The notes below the pieces were generated by a model, which was given only the letters and a program-made list of their open reading frames with translations, searched no databases and had not been told where the DNA came from. Shown here in pieces: positions 13,434 through 14,473 of a stretch of DNA of 14,473 nt. A program made the position numbers and the translations under genes. The number at the start of each line of letters is the position of its first letter. Positions within the stretch are counted from its first letter, which is position 1. This DNA is from Candidatus Omnitrophota bacterium (GTDB taxonomy: Bacteria > Omnitrophota > Gorgyraeia > Velamenicoccales > Velamenicoccaceae), in the NCBI GenBank assembly GCA_020057345.1, contig JAGVGA010000078.1, positions 1 to 14,473 on the forward strand, read 5' to 3'.

Positions 13434-14434
13434 CTCTCCCTCCCCTCTTTTTTCAAGCCGACGCGCAGAAGAGCGATCTCCAAAATCTTGACGATGAGCC
13501 CGTTGAAAGTCCACCCTTCGGCCTTTGCCACCAGAGGAAAAACATCTTCCGTTGAAAGCGACGGCAGAGGATTGACCTCCAGAACATAAGGATTGCCCTT
13601 TTTGTCCACGCGAAAATCCACTCTTCCGAAATCGCGGCAATCCACCGCCTGATAAGCCTTGACCGCGAGGACGCGCAACTTATCCTCCAGGGCTTTTGAG
13701 ATCTTGGGCGGACAGATATAGCTGACGTCCGTGCCTTTCAGCCGCCGGGAGGTGTAAACAAGATCGCCTAAGTCCAGCTTGCCGAGTATGCCGATCTGCA
13801 CCGGCGCCAGCGCGCACGCAGGATCATTGCCGATGACGAGCACGGTGAATTCGCTTCCTGAAATAAACTCTTCCACAAGGGCGGACTGCTTGTAGATACG
13901 ATTCACCTCCAACACCTGGCCCTTCAATCTCTTTTTGTCCGATACGATCGAATCTTCGGAAATCCCCTTAGAAGACCCCTCATGCCTGGGCTTGACGATA
14001 AAAGGAAATCTCATGGACGTATGGTTTGTCAAGTCCGTACGCTCATCCGCGATAAAAAATTTTGGCGTCGGCACGCCGTCCGCAATGAAAACCTTCTTGG
14101 CCATGGCCTTATCCAGCGTCACGCCGAGGGTCAAGCCGTCGCTGCCCACAAAAGGGATCTTAAAAAAATCCAGGATGACGGGGACCTCGGATTCGCGGTT
14201 CCGGTTCCCCGCGCCCTCGCACATGTTGAAAACGATGTCCACGCCGGGCTTGGGGCACTTAGACAGGAGCTTGCGCGCATGGCCGATCTTGACGACTTCA
14301 TAACCTCCGGAGGCGATCGCTTCACAGACCTCGTTGATCGTCACCTGTCTGTCAAATTCCGCCTTCGCATCATTCGGCGATTCTTTGGTCTTTCGGTGGT
14401 CCGACTTTAAATCGTAAGTGAGTCCTATTCTCAT
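13430..14434 (-). CDS. D-alanine--D-alanine ligase family ATP-grasp enzyme (non-canonical subfamily, substrate unknown)
   Basis: Ddl-type ATP-grasp motifs are present: FPFIVKPRHEGSSKGIS, VEEFISGSEFTVLVIG and FGRVDFRVDKKGNPYVLEVNPLPSL. The N-terminus MRIGLTYDLKSD...AEFD differs from housekeeping DdlA/B. ATG at 14434 is favoured. The frame stays open to the window edge (14473), so a longer N-terminus cannot be excluded. Confidence 0.8.
   Translation of the reverse strand: MRIGLTYDLKSDHRKTKESPNDAKAEFDRQVTINEVCEAIASGGYEVVKIGHARKLLSKCPKPGVDIVFNMCEGAGNRNRESEVPVILDFFKIPFVGSDGLTLGVTLDKAMAKKVFIADGVPTPKFFIADERTDLTNHTSMRFPFIVKPRHEGSSKGISEDSIVSDKKRLKGQVLEVNRIYKQSALVEEFISGSEFTVLVIGNDPACALAPVQIGILGKLDLGDLVYTSRRLKGTDVSYICPPKISKALEDKLRVLAVKAYQAVDCRDFGRVDFRVDKKGNPYVLEVNPLPSLSTEDVFPLVAKAEGWTFNGLIVKILEIALLRVGLKKEGRES
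13439..13443 (-). promoter_or_regulatory. Shine-Dalgarno (GGAGG) for kamA, embedded in the last codons of the ATP-grasp gene
   Basis: The minus strand reads GGGAGGGAGAGTTGACG. GGAGG lies 5 nt upstream of the TTG at 13433, and the same stretch encodes G-R-E-S-stop of the upstream gene. Confidence 0.6.
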
Positions 14435-14473
14435 GAGATCGCCCTTAAAGAAAAAGGGACCCTTGCCTTTCAA

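Noticed and set aside
13434-13640. A 69-codon N-terminal extension of the kamA ORF (MPRFRKSGFSRGQKG...).
   Set aside because: It is low-complexity and Gly/Ser/Arg-rich, and it would overlap the ATP-grasp gene by about 200 nt. The TTG at 13433, with GGAGG 5 nt upstream, gives an N-terminus collinear with characterised lysine 2,3-aminomutases.
14313-14320. The cyanobacterial HIP1 octamer GCGATCGC, considered as an explanation for the GATC excess.
   Set aside because: I noticed only this one exact octamer. The excess is carried by many different GATC contexts (mostly NNG|ATC codon pairs), not by an iterated HIP1 palindrome.
1-14473. A search by eye for tRNA, rRNA, CRISPR repeats, transposase, integrase, inverted terminal repeats, toxin-antitoxin pairs or known defence genes.
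   Set aside because: Apart from about 260 bp in total, the window is covered by the 12 protein-coding genes listed. No intergenic space exceeds 61 bp, and no periodic repeats or mobile-element signatures were seen.

Overview
The window is almost entirely coding. One 5'-truncated plus-strand gene (2..1120, alkaline-phosphatase/NPP superfamily) converges, with only 10 bp between stop codons, on a ~13.3 kb head-to-tail array of 11 minus-strand genes. Gaps in the array are 61 bp or less, and there are three start/stop overlaps. Reading the minus strand 5'->3' (high to low coordinates), the genes are:
- Ddl-family ATP-grasp ligase
- lysine 2,3-aminomutase (kamA type)
- divergent EF-G paralogue
- YchF-derived protein without a P-loop
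- purH
- folC
- mnmE
- folE
- cysD
- cysN
- membrane-anchored sulfatase-fold enzyme with a Thr/NPP-like nucleophile motif

I could not recognise any tRNA, rRNA, CRISPR array, IS/transposase, integrase or long repeat.

The best candidate for something undescribed is the upstream four-gene block (9519..14434). It holds a beta-lysine-forming radical-SAM enzyme translationally coupled (TTGA overlap) to an ATP-grasp ligase. Directly downstream are two atypical translation-factor-family proteins. One is EF-G-like, with the catalytic His replaced by Tyr and a C-terminal EEE tail. The other is YchF-like and has lost all nucleotide-binding motifs.

Secondary points:
- cysDN is coupled by an ATGA overlap to a non-canonical sulfatase-fold protein.
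- purH-folC-mnmE-folE form a folate-themed run.
- GATC is over-represented about three-fold across the window, mostly as NNG|ATC codon pairs.

All functional calls rest on motif recognition by eye. No database search was run. Because the genome is tightly packed, adjacency alone is weak evidence of functional linkage.
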